Of a stretch of 64,000 bases of DNA, positions 63,501 through 64,000 are shown in pieces; the first letter of the stretch is position 1, and every line of letters starts with the position of its first letter. Source of the DNA: Amoebidium appalachense (taxonomy: Eukaryota; Protista; Ichthyosporea); the NCBI GenBank assembly GCA_963693365.1, contig CAVNZM010000004.1:14196524-14260523 (forward strand), in the 5' to 3' direction. A model generated the notes under the pieces. It worked only from the letters and a program-made list of their open reading frames with translations, had not been told where the DNA came from and did no database searches. The translations under genes were made by a program, and so were the position numbers.

Positions 63501-64000
63501 CATTATCCAATCTGACATATACTAATCCGTCTCAGCAGATCAGCCTAAGTCTACGATGGGGGGGACAGGGGGGGGGGGGGGGGGGTGGCCCGGGTCCACA
63601 GATCATCAAGATCAAGTCCGGGGCCTCAAGATAGCTGTACAGCTGCGTGCATCTTGCCTCTGCCGGCGCAGGGCAGGACCACGTCAGCTGGGGCAGCCGA
63701 CCAATAGAATTCTAATTAGTGTGTAGGATAGATCGTAGGAGGACTTAGGAATGTGATTGTTCGGGCAGAAGCCCTTTTGTAAGTATTGGCAAGGTTTGAT
63801 AGTGTATGTTGCCAAACGTATTTATATATTTAGATGTAGAGGAAAGGGGGGAGGGAAGGGGGGGGAGGATAGTATGAAATGTAGATTTAGACTCTGCGGT
63901 GCCACTAGGGGGAGGGTGAGGGGTGAGACATGGATAAATATATTGGTTTGAGTAGATCGACTTAGCTCGTGCAGGCGCACGATAAAGTAGATCGGAATGT

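Overview
Eukaryotic, intron-rich and repeat-rich DNA; the host cannot be identified from sequence alone, but the gene set fits a selenocysteine-using unicellular holozoan or similar protist. The left third carries two intact spliced host genes on +: selenocysteine-specific elongation factor (5068-16530, 18 exons) and ceramide kinase (19026-22483, 4 exons), among LTR and non-LTR retroelement fragments. The main feature is a complete endogenous Polinton/Maverick-like virus at 26029-60474 (about 29.5 kb after removing nested inserts), with ~480-bp near-identical terminal inverted repeats, inserted in a (TG)n tract. It encodes a protein-primed DNA polymerase B, rve integrase, A32-like packaging ATPase, PLV-type double jelly-roll major capsid protein and penton. 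It also carries a VLTF3-like late transcription factor, a phage Dam-like N6-adenine methyltransferase, a probable ssDNA-binding protein, a 7-TM protein and a family of fibre-like proteins sharing an N-terminal module. I found no adenain-type protease. Two upstream motif classes (AAGGCGTCCAAT boxes before replication-type genes; AAAAAATGTGTG-like motifs before structural genes) suggest an early/late transcription programme. Three LTR insertions with 5-bp target-site duplications interrupt the polymerase, penton and SSB-like genes, and about ten single-base homopolymer frameshifts (possibly sequencing errors) affect viral ORFs. The right flank is a nested copia-type LTR stack. All family assignments come from motif recognition by eye; no database searches were run.
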